A stretch of 64,000 bases of DNA, taken from NCBI GenBank assembly GCA_963793305.1, contig CAWBZV010000002.1:576001-640000 (forward strand). The letters run 5' to 3'. Source of the DNA: an uncultured Gemmatimonadales bacterium (lineage in GTDB: Bacteria; Gemmatimonadota; Gemmatimonadetes; Gemmatimonadales; Gemmatimonadaceae). This document shows positions 30,504 to 40,913 of this stretch, piece after piece; position 1 is the stretch's first letter; each line of letters begins with the position of its first letter. The notes below the pieces were generated by a model. That model worked only from the letters and a program-made list of their open reading frames with translations. It was not told the origin of the DNA and made no database searches. The position numbers and the translations under genes were made by a program.

Positions 30504-30959
30504 TCATGGCGTGTCGAGGTAACGTAACTCCAGACACTCGATGGTTCTCCCATCGGGATCGCACGCATACAGCGCTCTGACTCCATCCCAGGCTGATCCA
30601 GGCTCGACAATCGTCACGGCCTCGGAGATCTGGCCGGCGCCCAAGCTGACGAGTCGCTCCCGGGCCGCGTCGGCGCTGTCGACGACGAATCCCAAATGAG
30701 TATGGCCGGGCTGGTGTCGCTGTTGCGCGAGACGCCCCGTGACCGGGTGGACGTACTGGATGAGCTCGAGTAGTCCGCCGCCAGGTACTTCCAGATCAGC
30801 CGTCACAATGCTGGCGCCGGCAACGCCCGTCACCGTCTCGATCTCGTCACCACTATTCTGCGACCGTTCGCGCACACGGCACCCGAGCAATGCCGAGTAG
30901 AACGCGATCGATGCGTCGAGATCCGAGACTGTGAGGCCGACGTGATGCAGGCCAGTCAT
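30504..30959 (-). CDS. VOC (glyoxalase) family protein
   Basis: HHVGLTVSDL, LELIQY, HLGFVV, DPDGRTIE. Confidence 0.9.
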   Translation of the reverse strand: MTGLHHVGLTVSDLDASIAFYSALLGCRVRERSQNSGDEIETVTGVAGASIVTADLEVPGGGLLELIQYVHPVTGRLAQQRHQPGHTHLGFVVDSADAARERLVSLGAGQISEAVTIVEPGSAWDGVRALYACDPDGRTIECLELRYLDTP

Positions 30960-32287
30960 AGCTCGACCTCCGGCGCGTCCGGTGTATCGCGCCCGAGGAC
31001 CTCATCGAGCGTCTCGTGCCGCTTGACGAGGCGGGCCCGGTTGCCGCTGACCATGACGGTCCCCGGCCGCGCAAGCGCATTGAAATTGGTCGCGGCCGCA
31101 TCCTGATACGCCCCCGTATCCAGAAACGCGATGAGGTCGCCCGCCGTGACCTTGGGCGCCGGCACATCGCGCGCGAGAACATCGAACCCGCACGAGATGC
31201 CGACGATGTGAGCTGTCCCCGCCGGTTGCTCGTCGACGCGCGACGCGAACACGGGACGAAAGTGTGCGTGCTCGATCATGAGGTCCGGCAAGAACATCTC
31301 CGTCGTGTCGACCTCGATCCAGGTGGCCGGGGTCGGTCGCATCTGCGTTTTGATGTGCCGCACGCGTGTGAGATGCACGCCGGCGTCCGCGAACAGGCTG
31401 CGTCCGGGCTCGAGCTGCAGGACGATGCCGTCGGGCTCGACTCCACCCGCCCGGAGCGATGCACACAACGATGTGCCGACGCACTCGGCATACTTCTCGA
31501 TCGACGCGGCTGGCCGCCGCTCTGGGTCCGTCGGATCTCGCGGGGCGGGGAATCCGCCGCCGATGTCGAGCTCGCGCGGCCGCCACGGCGCCCACGCGCG
31601 GCAGAGCGCCGCTACCGCTGCCCCGAACCCCGCCGCCATCTTCGCCCAGACCGCCGGATCCGCACTATGTCGTCCCAGGTGCGTCATGAGCCCGCTCAGC
31701 TCCAGGTTCTTCTCGGAGAGCACTCGCAATCCAATCGCTCGTGCTGCACTCGGCTCGATCCCGGGTTTGTAGAGCTGCGCCGCATCCCGAATCGCCATGT
31801 CCGGGAAGAAGTCCGATCTCTCCGTCAGCGACTCGTGATCCGGTCGCACGCGCAGTCGAAGATGCGCTCGCAGTTGCATCGCGAGCAGCGCATCGAGCTC
31901 GGCCTCGCTGTCGAGCGTAATGGCGGCCCCAGTCTGCGCCGCTTCTCTCAGCAGCCCCGCATTTTTTGCTGATCCATTGACGGAGATCCGCTCGGCGGGC
32001 ACGCCGGCCCGAAGCGCCGCGCGCAATTCGTGTTCGCCGAACACGTCGCACCCGACGTCTTCCTCATTGAGCACGCGGCGAACCGCCAGTACGTAGTTCG
32101 CTTTCAGCGACGGCAGCAGCTCGACCCGGCCTCCGGGCCAATGCTGCGCGAACGCCTGACGTATCGCCCGGCAGTTCGCGCGCAGCTGTGCCTCTGACAT
32201 GACATAGATGGGCGTCCCGAACCGCTCGGCGATCCGAACGGTGTCGCACCCTTCGACCCACAGCCGCCCGTCAACGTGGCGCAGCAA
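30956..32287 (-). CDS. PLP-dependent group IV (LysA-like) decarboxylase, divergent
   Basis: FGTPIYV, SLKAN, DIGGGF, EPGRSL, DTGAY, NFNALARP. Confidence 0.85.
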   Translation of the reverse strand: MLRHVDGRLWVEGCDTVRIAERFGTPIYVMSEAQLRANCRAIRQAFAQHWPGGRVELLPSLKANYVLAVRRVLNEEDVGCDVFGEHELRAALRAGVPAERISVNGSAKNAGLLREAAQTGAAITLDSEAELDALLAMQLRAHLRLRVRPDHESLTERSDFFPDMAIRDAAQLYKPGIEPSAARAIGLRVLSEKNLELSGLMTHLGRHSADPAVWAKMAAGFGAAVAALCRAWAPWRPRELDIGGGFPAPRDPTDPERRPAASIEKYAECVGTSLCASLRAGGVEPDGIVLQLEPGRSLFADAGVHLTRVRHIKTQMRPTPATWIEVDTTEMFLPDLMIEHAHFRPVFASRVDEQPAGTAHIVGISCGFDVLARDVPAPKVTAGDLIAFLDTGAYQDAAATNFNALARPGTVMVSGNRARLVKRHETLDEVLGRDTPDAPEVEL

Positions 32288-33422
32288 CCGCCGCTCTCTC
32301 GCACGAGAGGTGCACGACCCCGTAGCACAGCGCCGCCAATGTCGCCGCGCTGCCCGACAGCACCAGCACCGCCGGATATCCTAACCCGATGTCCAAGAGC
32401 TTCCCGGCGGCCGCGGGCCCGATCGCCAGCGCGATGCCTTGTGCGCCCGGCACGAGCGCCGCCCCACGGCCGCTCGGATCCACGAACGCGAGCGTGCCAA
32501 GCTGAAAGATGTCGATAAAATTCCACGCGACCTGCAGGACGAGGAGCGTGACGACATACATGACGGCATGCGGCGACACGCTGTGGGCGAGCAACGTCAA
32601 CGAAAAGATCGCGAGCGCTGCCAACAGGGGTCGCGACTGTCCCATGCTCCGGCTGATCCGAAACGCCGCGACACAACCGAGGCTCGACAGCAGGACACTG
32701 GCCGTCAACAGATGATGTACCGTATCGGGCGCGAGTCCGAACGTGATGCCCATGCGCTCAGCGTAGGCCCAGTAGCTGCCGATCGCGACATACACAAAGG
32801 CCACCGCCGCCAGACAAAGCGCCGGCAACACCACGCCGCCATTGATCTCCGTCCGCTCGACGCTCGGCATCTCCGGCCGGCGTGCGCCGAGCGCCGGCAC
32901 CATGGCCAACGTCGCGGCCAGCACGACCGCGATCGAGACGAAGAGTCCCGCGGGTCCCCACCGCGCATCGATGGCCGGAAACGCGGCCAGCACGATGGCG
33001 TTTGCGACGACCTGCGCGAAGATCAGTATCGAGAACCCTCGCGCCGTATCCGTCTGGTAGCAGAGCAGCGCCAATGACGACGAATAGATGGCCCCTGATG
33101 CCAGCCCGGCCCCAAACCGAAGCACGCACAGTGGCCCGAGCGCATGGAACCACAGGCACAGCGTATTGAACACAACGCCGAGCACGACCGCGCCAGCCGT
33201 ATATCGCCGCCAGTTTACGCGATTGGCCCACGCCAACGTCGTGATGGCGCCAACACACAGACCAGCAAGATCTATCGATGTGATGTAGCCCGCGTACGCG
33301 TCGCTATATCCCCAGTGATCGTGGAGCGCGCCGACGATAATCGGCATACCGAGGATCTGGATGACGCCGCCGAGGCCCAGCGCGATCTGCGCCCAGAACA
33401 CCCGGCGAGGCTCAGTGGTCAT
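32271..33422 (-). CDS. MFS transporter
   Basis: About 12 hydrophobic segments; LRFGAGLASG. Confidence 0.85.
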   Translation of the reverse strand: MTTEPRRVFWAQIALGLGGVIQILGMPIIVGALHDHWGYSDAYAGYITSIDLAGLCVGAITTLAWANRVNWRRYTAGAVVLGVVFNTLCLWFHALGPLCVLRFGAGLASGAIYSSSLALLCYQTDTARGFSILIFAQVVANAIVLAAFPAIDARWGPAGLFVSIAVVLAATLAMVPALGARRPEMPSVERTEINGGVVLPALCLAAVAFVYVAIGSYWAYAERMGITFGLAPDTVHHLLTASVLLSSLGCVAAFRISRSMGQSRPLLAALAIFSLTLLAHSVSPHAVMYVVTLLVLQVAWNFIDIFQLGTLAFVDPSGRGAALVPGAQGIALAIGPAAAGKLLDIGLGYPAVLVLSGSAATLAALCYGVVHLSCERAAVAAPR

Positions 33423-33603
33423 CGTGCATCAGTATAGCCGAGGTGATGGACGGGTGATACGCCGCACTAGCTCGTGTGCCCGGTTCCGGGACGCCGCCGG
33501 CCGCGGGCGAACACGCGTCCGGGGCGTCCCACGCGCAAGACGCGGTTGATCAACGCGTTACCTGGCGAGCGCGATTGGCCCCGTTCTGGCAAGAGCGCTC
33601 ACC

Positions 33604-36042
33604 ATGCTACTCGATGACATCGCGCAAGACATCCGGCATGCGCTCCGCGCGCTCAGGCAGCGTCCGGGATTCGCGGCCGTGGCGCTGCTCATTCTGGCGC
33701 TCGGCATCAGCGCGGCCACCGTCATGTTCACGATCGTCGACGGCGTCCTGTTGCGACGCCTGCCGTTCCCGGCGCCGGACCGCCTCGTGGCGCTCCGAAC
33801 GTCGACACAGGACGTGGGCGAGGTGTGGGGCTACTCGTATCCCGACATCCAAGACCTGATTCGCACGAGTCGCACGCTCAATGTGGCTGCGTGGACGTAC
33901 GGTGGTGGTACGATCACCGGCAACGGACCGGCCGAATACGTATCGGGTCGCAAGCTGTCGGCAAACCTCCTTCCGGTCCTTGGGCTCCAGCCCGAGCAGG
34001 GGCGCGCATTCCGCACCGATGAGGATCGGCCCGGCGGAACGCCTGTCGCCATGATCAGCGATGCACTCTGGCGCCGGCATTTTGGTGGGAGTCCTTCGGC
34101 AATCGGCGGTCCCCTCAGCTACGACGGCATCACCTACGTCGTGATCGGCGTGCTGCCCGCGGCATTCGAGCTCACGGGGCCAGCCAACGTCTTCACGGCG
34201 CTCGGCCAGAGCACCGATCCGCGCCTGCACACGCGCGGCGCTCGCTTTATCCGTGTACTCGCCCGACTGCGACCGGGTGCCACGCTGGCCCAGGCGCGCG
34301 CCGAGGTGGCGCTCACCGGCCGGCAGTTGGCGGCGCAGTACCCCGCGACGAACGCGGGGGCCGGTATGGTTGCGCATCCGTTGCGCGACGAGGTCGTGGG
34401 ACAGATTGGCTCGACGCTATGGCTGCTGCTCGCCGCGGTGTCGCTCGTCCTGCTCATCGCGTGCGTGAACATCGCCAGTCTGCTCTTGGCGCGCGCCGTC
34501 GCCCGCGATCACGAGCTGGCGCTCCGCACCGCCTTGGGTGCTAATCGCGGGCGCATCGCGCGACAATGCATGACCGAAAGCGCCGTCCTCGGTGTGGCCG
34601 GTGGCGCACTGGGCGCGATCCTCGCCGCAGCTGGCGTGCGTCCATTCGTCGCGCTCTGGCCGGGCGGCCTTCCGCGGGCCGGAGAGATTCGCCTCGACTG
34701 GCGCGCGCTCGTGTTCGCCCTCGCGGTGTCGCTGGCCACGGGGATCCTGGCGGGGCTGGCGCCCGCTCTCCGCGCCAGCGTCCGCGATCTCGGGCGTACG
34801 CTGCGCGCATCGGGACGCGGGACGACGGCCAACACGCGGCGGATGCACGGGGCGTTCGTCGTGGCCGAATTGGCGCTGGCGATCGTGTTGCTGGTGTCGG
34901 CCGGCATGCTCGGCCGAACATTGATCACGCAATCGACGCGCGATCCCGGGATCGACCCGCACCACGTGCTGGTCGCGCGATTCGCGCTCGCGCCGAGCGC
35001 GCTGGGCGATCCGCAACAGATTCGCGCCGCGTGGCGCCAGGTCGTTGAGCGGGCGCGGGCCGTGCCCGGTATTCGCGGCGTCGCGCTCGCGGACATCATT
35101 CCCATGCGGGAAGGCGAGAACACCATGTCGTATTGGACGACGCCGACGGCCCCGCCACCGGACCAGGAGCCGGACGCACTCGCGTCGAGTGCGACGCCGG
35201 ACTATCGGGCGGTCATGGGCATCCCGCTGCTCAAGGGCCGGTTCTTCACGGACGCCGATAGCCTCGGCACCGAACCGGTGGTCGTCATCGATGCCAATCT
35301 CGCGCGCCATGCCTTTGGCGAGACAGATCCCGTGGGTCAGCGCCTCTGGCTGCCCGGCCTCGGCCCCAACCCCTCGCGCATCGTCGGCGTCGTCGGGCAC
35401 GTGCGCCACTGGGGCATGGCCAACGACGATGTGTCGCGCGTGCACGATCAGGTCTACTATCCGTTCGCCCAGGTCCCGGAGTCGCTCATGCATCTCTACT
35501 CCACGTTCCTGTCGATCGCCGTGCGCACGACAACCGCACCGGCCGACGCCATCCGTCCGCTGCAGTCGGCGCTCGGGGGTGTCGGGTCCGATCAGGCGAT
35601 GTACGACATCCAGACGATGGATGACGCGGTGCGCGCCTCGCTCGATGTACAGCGTTTCCTGTTACTGTTGTTCGGCATCTTTGCCGGCGTGGCGATGCTG
35701 CTCGCCTGCGTCGGGATCTACGGCGTCCTCTCCTACCTCACAACCCAACGCGTCCCGGAGATCGGCGTGCGCCTCGCGCTCGGCGCCACCGCCGGCGATG
35801 TGGTCCGCTTCATTCTTCAGGACAGCATCCGCCTGATATCTCTCGGCACCGCACTAGGCCTCGCCGCGGCGCTCCTCGCGGGTCGCGTCCTACTCAAGGT
35901 GATCGTCGGCATGCAACCAACGGAGCCGGCAACGGTGGCCTCGATGGTTGCACTGCTCGTCGTCGCCGCACTGGCCGCGAGCTTCTTACCCGCGCGGTGG
36001 GCGAGCCGCATCGATCCGGTCAGAGCGTTACGGCAGAACTAG
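33604..36042 (+). CDS. ADOP-type (MacB/FtsX duplicated) ABC permease
   Basis: QDIRHALRAL..RPGF, LLIACVNIASLLLAR, EIGVRLALGA, IDPVRALR. Confidence 0.93.
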   Translation: MLLDDIAQDIRHALRALRQRPGFAAVALLILALGISAATVMFTIVDGVLLRRLPFPAPDRLVALRTSTQDVGEVWGYSYPDIQDLIRTSRTLNVAAWTYGGGTITGNGPAEYVSGRKLSANLLPVLGLQPEQGRAFRTDEDRPGGTPVAMISDALWRRHFGGSPSAIGGPLSYDGITYVVIGVLPAAFELTGPANVFTALGQSTDPRLHTRGARFIRVLARLRPGATLAQARAEVALTGRQLAAQYPATNAGAGMVAHPLRDEVVGQIGSTLWLLLAAVSLVLLIACVNIASLLLARAVARDHELALRTALGANRGRIARQCMTESAVLGVAGGALGAILAAAGVRPFVALWPGGLPRAGEIRLDWRALVFALAVSLATGILAGLAPALRASVRDLGRTLRASGRGTTANTRRMHGAFVVAELALAIVLLVSAGMLGRTLITQSTRDPGIDPHHVLVARFALAPSALGDPQQIRAAWRQVVERARAVPGIRGVALADIIPMREGENTMSYWTTPTAPPPDQEPDALASSATPDYRAVMGIPLLKGRFFTDADSLGTEPVVVIDANLARHAFGETDPVGQRLWLPGLGPNPSRIVGVVGHVRHWGMANDDVSRVHDQVYYPFAQVPESLMHLYSTFLSIAVRTTTAPADAIRPLQSALGGVGSDQAMYDIQTMDDAVRASLDVQRFLLLLFGIFAGVAMLLACVGIYGVLSYLTTQRVPEIGVRLALGATAGDVVRFILQDSIRLISLGTALGLAAALLAGRVLLKVIVGMQPTEPATVASMVALLVVAALAASFLPARWASRIDPVRALRQN

Positions 36043-36523
36043 GATGCTCCCGACTGTCGAAGCGTAAGTGGACCCACTCGCGCGCCACTGGAGTGTCTAC
36101 GAAGCGTCCCTGCATGTAATCACGCACCGCGCGACGCCAGAACGACAGTCCAGGTGTATTGGTGACGAGCACGCGAATCAACCACTCGCCCGCATGTTGG
36201 TTCCAGAGATGCGTGGCGAACGTGCTCCCGATGCCTTGATGCCGGAAGCGCCGTAGCACAAAAAAATCCTTCATGTCACGCCCATCAGAGCGTCCGAGCC
36301 ACCGCTCCGACGGGCCAACCACGGCGAAACCCGCCAGGGACCCGCCGACTCTCGCGAGGTAGATGGCGTGATCACCCTGCCAGAGCGAATTCGTGTCGAA
36401 TCCGAACGCTCCGTCATCGCGCGTGTCGATGCCCAGCCACTCACTCATGTCGTGGACGTAATGTTCGTAGAGGTTTCGCAGAATCACGTCCTGGCTGCGA
36501 TCGATGCGCTCAAAAGCCGTCAT
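36020..36523 (-). CDS. GNAT family acetyltransferase
   Basis: LYEHYVHDMSE, DFFVLRRFRHQGIG, N.PGLSFW. Confidence 0.85.
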   Translation of the reverse strand: MTAFERIDRSQDVILRNLYEHYVHDMSEWLGIDTRDDGAFGFDTNSLWQGDHAIYLARVGGSLAGFAVVGPSERWLGRSDGRDMKDFFVLRRFRHQGIGSTFATHLWNQHAGEWLIRVLVTNTPGLSFWRRAVRDYMQGRFVDTPVAREWVHLRFDSREHPSSAVTL

Positions 36524-37287
36524 GTTCGCGCGGTGAAACGCCGCACGACATCGCGATAGGCGCGACCGGACATCAATCGCTTGCCGTTGTTCAGGATGAG
36601 CACGTAGTCACCCTGAAACCATGGCTGGATCTCCTTGACGCGCTTGATATTCACGATCACCGATCAATGGATCCGCACGAACTGCTCGGACGGCAGCCTT
36701 CGCTCGATCCCGTTCAGCGTTTCCCGCACGCGGTATATCTGCTCGGCCGTCTGCACGAGCACGACCTTGTCGGACACCTCGATGCAGTCGATCGTGGCCG
36801 CGTCGATCAGAATATGCCGGTCGTCGACCTTCAAGGTGATACGGTCTGGCGAACGATCTCGGGCGAGCCGGTTGAGCAGCGTCTCGAGTTGCCCCGAGAG
36901 CTCTGACGATCGCCCGCTGCGGACGCGGACGATCGCGCGTTCCATCGCCGTTCGAAACCGTCCATGGTCAAAGGGTTTGAGCAAATAGTCGACCGCGTGC
37001 ACGTCGAACGCGCTCAGCGCATATCGCTCGTACGCCGTCACGAAGATGACCGCGGGCATGTTCGGCACGCCGACGGCGGTGACGACACCGAAGCCGTCGA
37101 GGCCCGGCATCTGCACGTCGAGGAGGACGATGTCGGGCCGGAGCTGTCGGATCGCGTCGACGGCCGCCTGGCCGCTCGCCGCGTCGCCGATGACCTCGAC
37201 CTCGTCCATCTCGGCCAACAGGGATCGCGCCAGACGCCGGGCCGGCGCTTCGTCGTCCACGACCAACACGCGGCAGCGCGGACTCAT
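36520..37287 (-). pseudogene. LytTR response regulator with an in-frame TGA at 36664-36666
   Basis: VVDDE, LDVQMP, FVTAY, DYLLKPF, then FVRIH*SVIVNIKRVKEIQPWFQGDYVLIL; natural stop overlaps the GNAT ATG. Confidence 0.85.
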
Positions 37288-37742
37288 CGCAGAAGGACTA
37301 TGCGCACGCGAAAGCCTCCACCGGGAGCGTTCCCGGCGTCGAACGATTGTCGCTCCCCGTACCGCGCCTCGAGTCGCTCCCGCACGTTCTTCAAGCCACG
37401 CCCGGCTACCTGCCCGTCCTGCCCCACAGCGCCCTGTCCGTTGTCGGTAATCTCGATCCCGTGCTGGATGGCATTCTCCAGACAGGGCTGCAGGATCATA
37501 TTCGGGACCCGGATCGAGCGCGCCTCGTCGTCGACCGCCCACTGGACGGTCAACCGGTCGCCAAAGCCAGCGGTCTGAATGTCGACGTAGCCACGCAGAA
37601 ACCCGATCTCCTGCTCGAGCGCGACGTCCTGCTCGTCCATCCGGTCCAGCGCCGTGCGCAGCAGATCACCCAGTTGCGCCAGGACGCGGCGGGTGGTCAC
37701 GACGTCTTCGGTCATGAGCGCCGATATCGTGTGCAGCGCATT
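37284..37742 (-). pseudogene. Truncated LytS-family histidine kinase
   Basis: NALHTISAL..LQPCLENAIQHG..DNG.G..GLKNVRERL present; the PHFLF H-box, the sensor domain and the segment between HG and DNG are missing. Confidence 0.8.
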
Positions 37743-37904
37743 GCGCTGGATAGCGGCCGATTCTTCATCACTCGCGGCTACCGGTGACTGAGCCCAGATT
37801 CGCAGGTCTTTGGTCATACTTTGCTCATACAAGAACAGAAACGACAGCGCCGCGCAAAGCACTGGCGCGGCGTAAGTCTCGGTGGGGCTAGGATGTTTGG
37901 GAAG

Positions 37905-37977
37905 CTCCCGAGACAGGACTCGAACCTGTGACCCGCGGATTAACAGTCCGCTGCTCTACCAACTGAGCTACTCGGGA
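37905..37977 (-). tRNA. tRNA-Asn (GTT), CCA not encoded
   Basis: TCCCGAG TA GCTCAGTTGGTAGAGC A GCGGA CTGTTAA TCCGC GGGTC ACAGG TTCGAGT CCTGT CTCGGGA G folds as a cloverleaf. Confidence 0.97.
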
Positions 37978-38209
37978 ATGGAACACGGTAACTTACTGAG
38001 CGCGTTGGGCTTCCTCAAGCTTCGAACCCATGCCCGGTAAGTGGGTCGGGGAAGCCGATTGTGGGCACTCGCAGCGAGGGGAGCGTAAGCGTGTGTGAGG
38101 CGGCTCCCAAGTCCGATATCGGGTCGTTCGCGGGCGGAATGCAATACGGGAGGTCAAACAGGGTGCAGTGAAGCTTTCGTCTTGCGCATTGATCGAACGC
38201 CTCTTAGAG

Positions 38210-38482
38210 CTATGCTCGCGCCGGATCGGGTCCGCCCTTCTTGCCACTCTCCCGGGATTCAGGGTGCACCCCAAGAAGATCGAAAAGGGAATCTTTCGCT
38301 GTCGCGGCGACGCGGGCATCGTGGATGATCTCCACGCCTGCGTCTTTCACGCTCACCAACAGCTGTCGTTTCGCCGCAAGATCTCGTCTTGCTTCCTTTA
38401 GCGCGTGATATCCGAGCCACGAGCTCACGACAGCAGCGACTCCACTGACAATCACCGCTATCAAACCGACGTATGATTCCAC
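38210..38482 (-). CDS. Hypothetical single-TM protein
   Basis: GGAGG RBS; starts 1 nt after the upstream stop; lower GC. Confidence 0.55.
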   Translation of the reverse strand: MESYVGLIAVIVSGVAAVVSSWLGYHALKEARRDLAAKRQLLVSVKDAGVEIIHDARVAATAKDSLFDLLGVHPESRESGKKGGPDPARA

Positions 38483-38483
38483 G

Positions 38484-38945
38484 CTACACCTCCGAAAGCC
38501 CGACGCCCCATACGCCGGTGACGATTGAGAAAACTAACATCACGAGCGAACCGTACGCGATCACGCGTATGCCGCTCTGGGCGTCAGCAAGGGCCTGACC
38601 CGTCAAAGGTCGAACGGATGCGATTGCTGCGTGGGCAATTGATCCGTACCACACCGCAGCGACTACAACGACCAGCAGATTCAATCCGATAACGATGATT
38701 TTCGTCCGAGGCCAAGTCCCGCCGCGTAGGCCGGGTGTAAGTTCTCCCACAGAGCTCATCGAAATTCCCATTGCTATCAGAAGAGAATCACCGTTGCCAA
38801 ATACACGCGCCAGCTGCAACGCCTGGAGACCCGGCGGGTGTCCCCAAGTTATTAGGACAACCGCACGCACGATCAAAGGCACCGCAGCGAAAACGACGCT
38901 AAAGAAGAGCCATCGGGTGATCTTGTCTGTGACTATTTGAGACAC
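38484..38945 (-). CDS. Hypothetical 4-TM membrane protein
   Basis: Four hydrophobic segments; lower GC than the backbone. Confidence 0.65.
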   Translation of the reverse strand: MSQIVTDKITRWLFFSVVFAAVPLIVRAVVLITWGHPPGLQALQLARVFGNGDSLLIAMGISMSSVGELTPGLRGGTWPRTKIIVIGLNLLVVVVAAVWYGSIAHAAIASVRPLTGQALADAQSGIRVIAYGSLVMLVFSIVTGVWGVGLSEV

Positions 38946-39318
38946 CTAAGTACTCGATCGGTCGAGGACGATCTGAGCGAGACTCGGCGACTCACAGGTC
39001 TCGTTTGCGTGGCAGGTTGCGCACGCGGAGCAGAGTAAGATGTGCTCGTGGACGAGTGCACCATCATCGCCACGCGCGATCACTGGTGCGTTTCGCGAAG
39101 AAAGCGCACATGCGTCTGGCTCGTACCACTGGACCCCTTGACGACGATCCAGCGCGTCGGAGTGCCGGTGCCGCCCACCATGATGCTTCGAACGTCTTGG
39201 TCGACGAACTCCGGCTGTCGATGTGGCCGACGTGGAAATTCCGTGGGCGAACACGACGAGCAAGGGTGACTTCTCGCATCCACCGTGAGAGATCGCACGT
39301 CCGCTATCTGGGCCTAAG

Positions 39319-39420
39319 CGACTCGAACGGTTCTTGCTCGCTCTAGGCATGGACATTCGCATCCAGATCGCCCCCCGGACTGGAGCGAACAGGCGCGGCG
39401 CTCTTACTGTCCACGATCTC
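39319..39420 (+). pseudogene. C-terminal remnant of an XRE/HTH_37-type antitoxin-like regulator
   Basis: Translates RLERFLLALGMDIRIQIAPR...RRGALTVH; no intact 5' part recognised. Confidence 0.4.
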
Positions 39421-39556
39421 GGGTGGCGATGCGCGCCTCGCATCGAGCGTCGGGCAACTGCACCGTGACCGGATGGCCCGTATCAGCGGATCAACTTAGC
39501 ATTTAGGTGCTCCTAAGCACGGTCGCGAAGTCAGTTTTTCAAGTCCGGAGCGATAA

Positions 39557-39853
39557 GTGCACTTCCTTGTCTTTCTGGCGCATCCGAAACCATCGAGTGA
39601 TGGTTACGGATCAGTCGACGGTGCCTACGTCAGCTGCTGGGTGAATGAGCCGGTAGCGTCTGCCGCGGAACTGGTCGCACGCCAGTTCATCGACGCCGCC
39701 GGCTGGGACATTGAAGAGCTGGAAGAAGCGCATCCAATATCAGAGAATCACTACTCTGCAAGCGACCCGGGCCGCGAGAAAGCCGATCAGGCCCGGATCG
39801 ACGGTATTGTCGTCACATTCGTCGTGTGGGATATCGGTGCGCCAGACGCATAG
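39557..39853 (+). CDS. Hypothetical acidic protein
   Basis: GGAG RBS with GTG start; GAYVSCWV...GWDI. Confidence 0.6.
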   Translation: MHFLVFLAHPKPSSDGYGSVDGAYVSCWVNEPVASAAELVARQFIDAAGWDIEELEEAHPISENHYSASDPGREKADQARIDGIVVTFVVWDIGAPDA

Positions 39854-40395
39854 CTGAGGAGTTCCACGGCTGTCGCCTGCCTTCGCGCCTCGCGCCGATG
39901 CTCCTAGTAGTATCACGATTCGTTGCAGCCCGGGCCCGCTTCGTCGCGCGCAGCGCAGTCCCGAGAGGTAAGGGAACGCCAGCCGGGCGCACGGCTGAAT
40001 CCCTCGTACAACAGCGCTTCGGCGACGACGCGGGTAAGGAGAACTGGAGAGGCGCCTCGAAGCCGGGCCCTCATTGGGTCTCACCGGTCACGCCGATAAT
40101 AATTGCGCGGCGATCCATCATATCGACCGGATTCGAGACAACATTTCTTGAAACCGGCGACCAGACCCACACGGACACAGATCGTTGCGTCCGAGCTTCT
40201 CGAGCAGCTCCTTAGTGCCGCCGACAACCCGATCGCCGCGCCTCACGCGTGATTCGCTCAGGGAACCCCCGGCGCCGTTTCGACGTCTGCTCAAAAGGAG
40301 GTTAGGTCGTCCCAGTCCTTCGGCGTGTGCTGTGCCATAGCATCCTCCGTTCAGTGAACGTCCAATCTACCAGACTGCCCCCGGTTACCGGTTCC

Positions 40396-40613
40396 TCAAG
40401 TTTCTCGGCTCTTCGCCAGTGTCCGAAATGCGGCGCGGATGATCTCGTCGGGCACGAGGTCGGGCGTCAGCAGTCTCTGGAGCACGAGGCCTTCGATCAG
40501 CGCGTGTATGATCGGGATCAGCTTTTCGGCGGGATTGGAAGCTCGCCCTTCCGGGTCACGCTCCGCAGCCACTGAGCGCCGCTGGCGTAACTCTGCGCGG
40601 TCAGCTCGCGCAC
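40396..40613 (-). pseudogene. C-terminal fragment of a TetR-family regulator (frameshifted)
   Basis: VRELTAQSY...ELPIP / AEKLIPIIHALIEGLVLQRLLTPDLVPDEIIRAAF; no HTH seen. Confidence 0.45.
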
Positions 40614-40700
40614 TTGTGGGAGCGTCTCCCGGTGCGCCACGGTGTAGGCCAAGCCGGAGAGACGACCCACCGCCGCAACTTCGCGATCCGGAATTGCCGC

Positions 40701-40843
40701 GAAGTCCTCACGTTCCGCGAGGAAGCGCGCGCGACTTGGGGGCCGGTTCGACCCGCGCGCATTTCACGATGCGGCGCTCGCGGAGCGCCTTTTCGCTCGA
40801 CGTGTTGGACGGCGAGATGCACGGGTGGTTGGACGCCCAGTGA
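40701..40843 (+). pseudogene. Decayed 3' fragment of a DUF885 gene
   Basis: EVLTFREEARA..RFDPRAFHDAAL..LDVLDGEMHGWL aligns, across frameshifts, to the C-terminus of 48607-50328. Confidence 0.7.
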
Positions 40844-40913
40844 GAAGGTTTTACGCTCGAGGACGTTGAGCAGGGAGAGGCCGTCCCTTCCTAACTCGCT
40901 CCGAGGCCACGCT

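Noticed and set aside
36664..36666. In-frame TGA as selenocysteine or recoding
   Set aside because: It replaces a conserved Arg, not Cys or Trp. The partner kinase is also broken, and TGA is the normal stop throughout the window.
40614..40913. 100-aa N-terminal extension of the NHL lipoprotein ORF
   Set aside because: The lipoprotein signal starts at the GTG at 40914; the extension reads through the DUF885 remnant.
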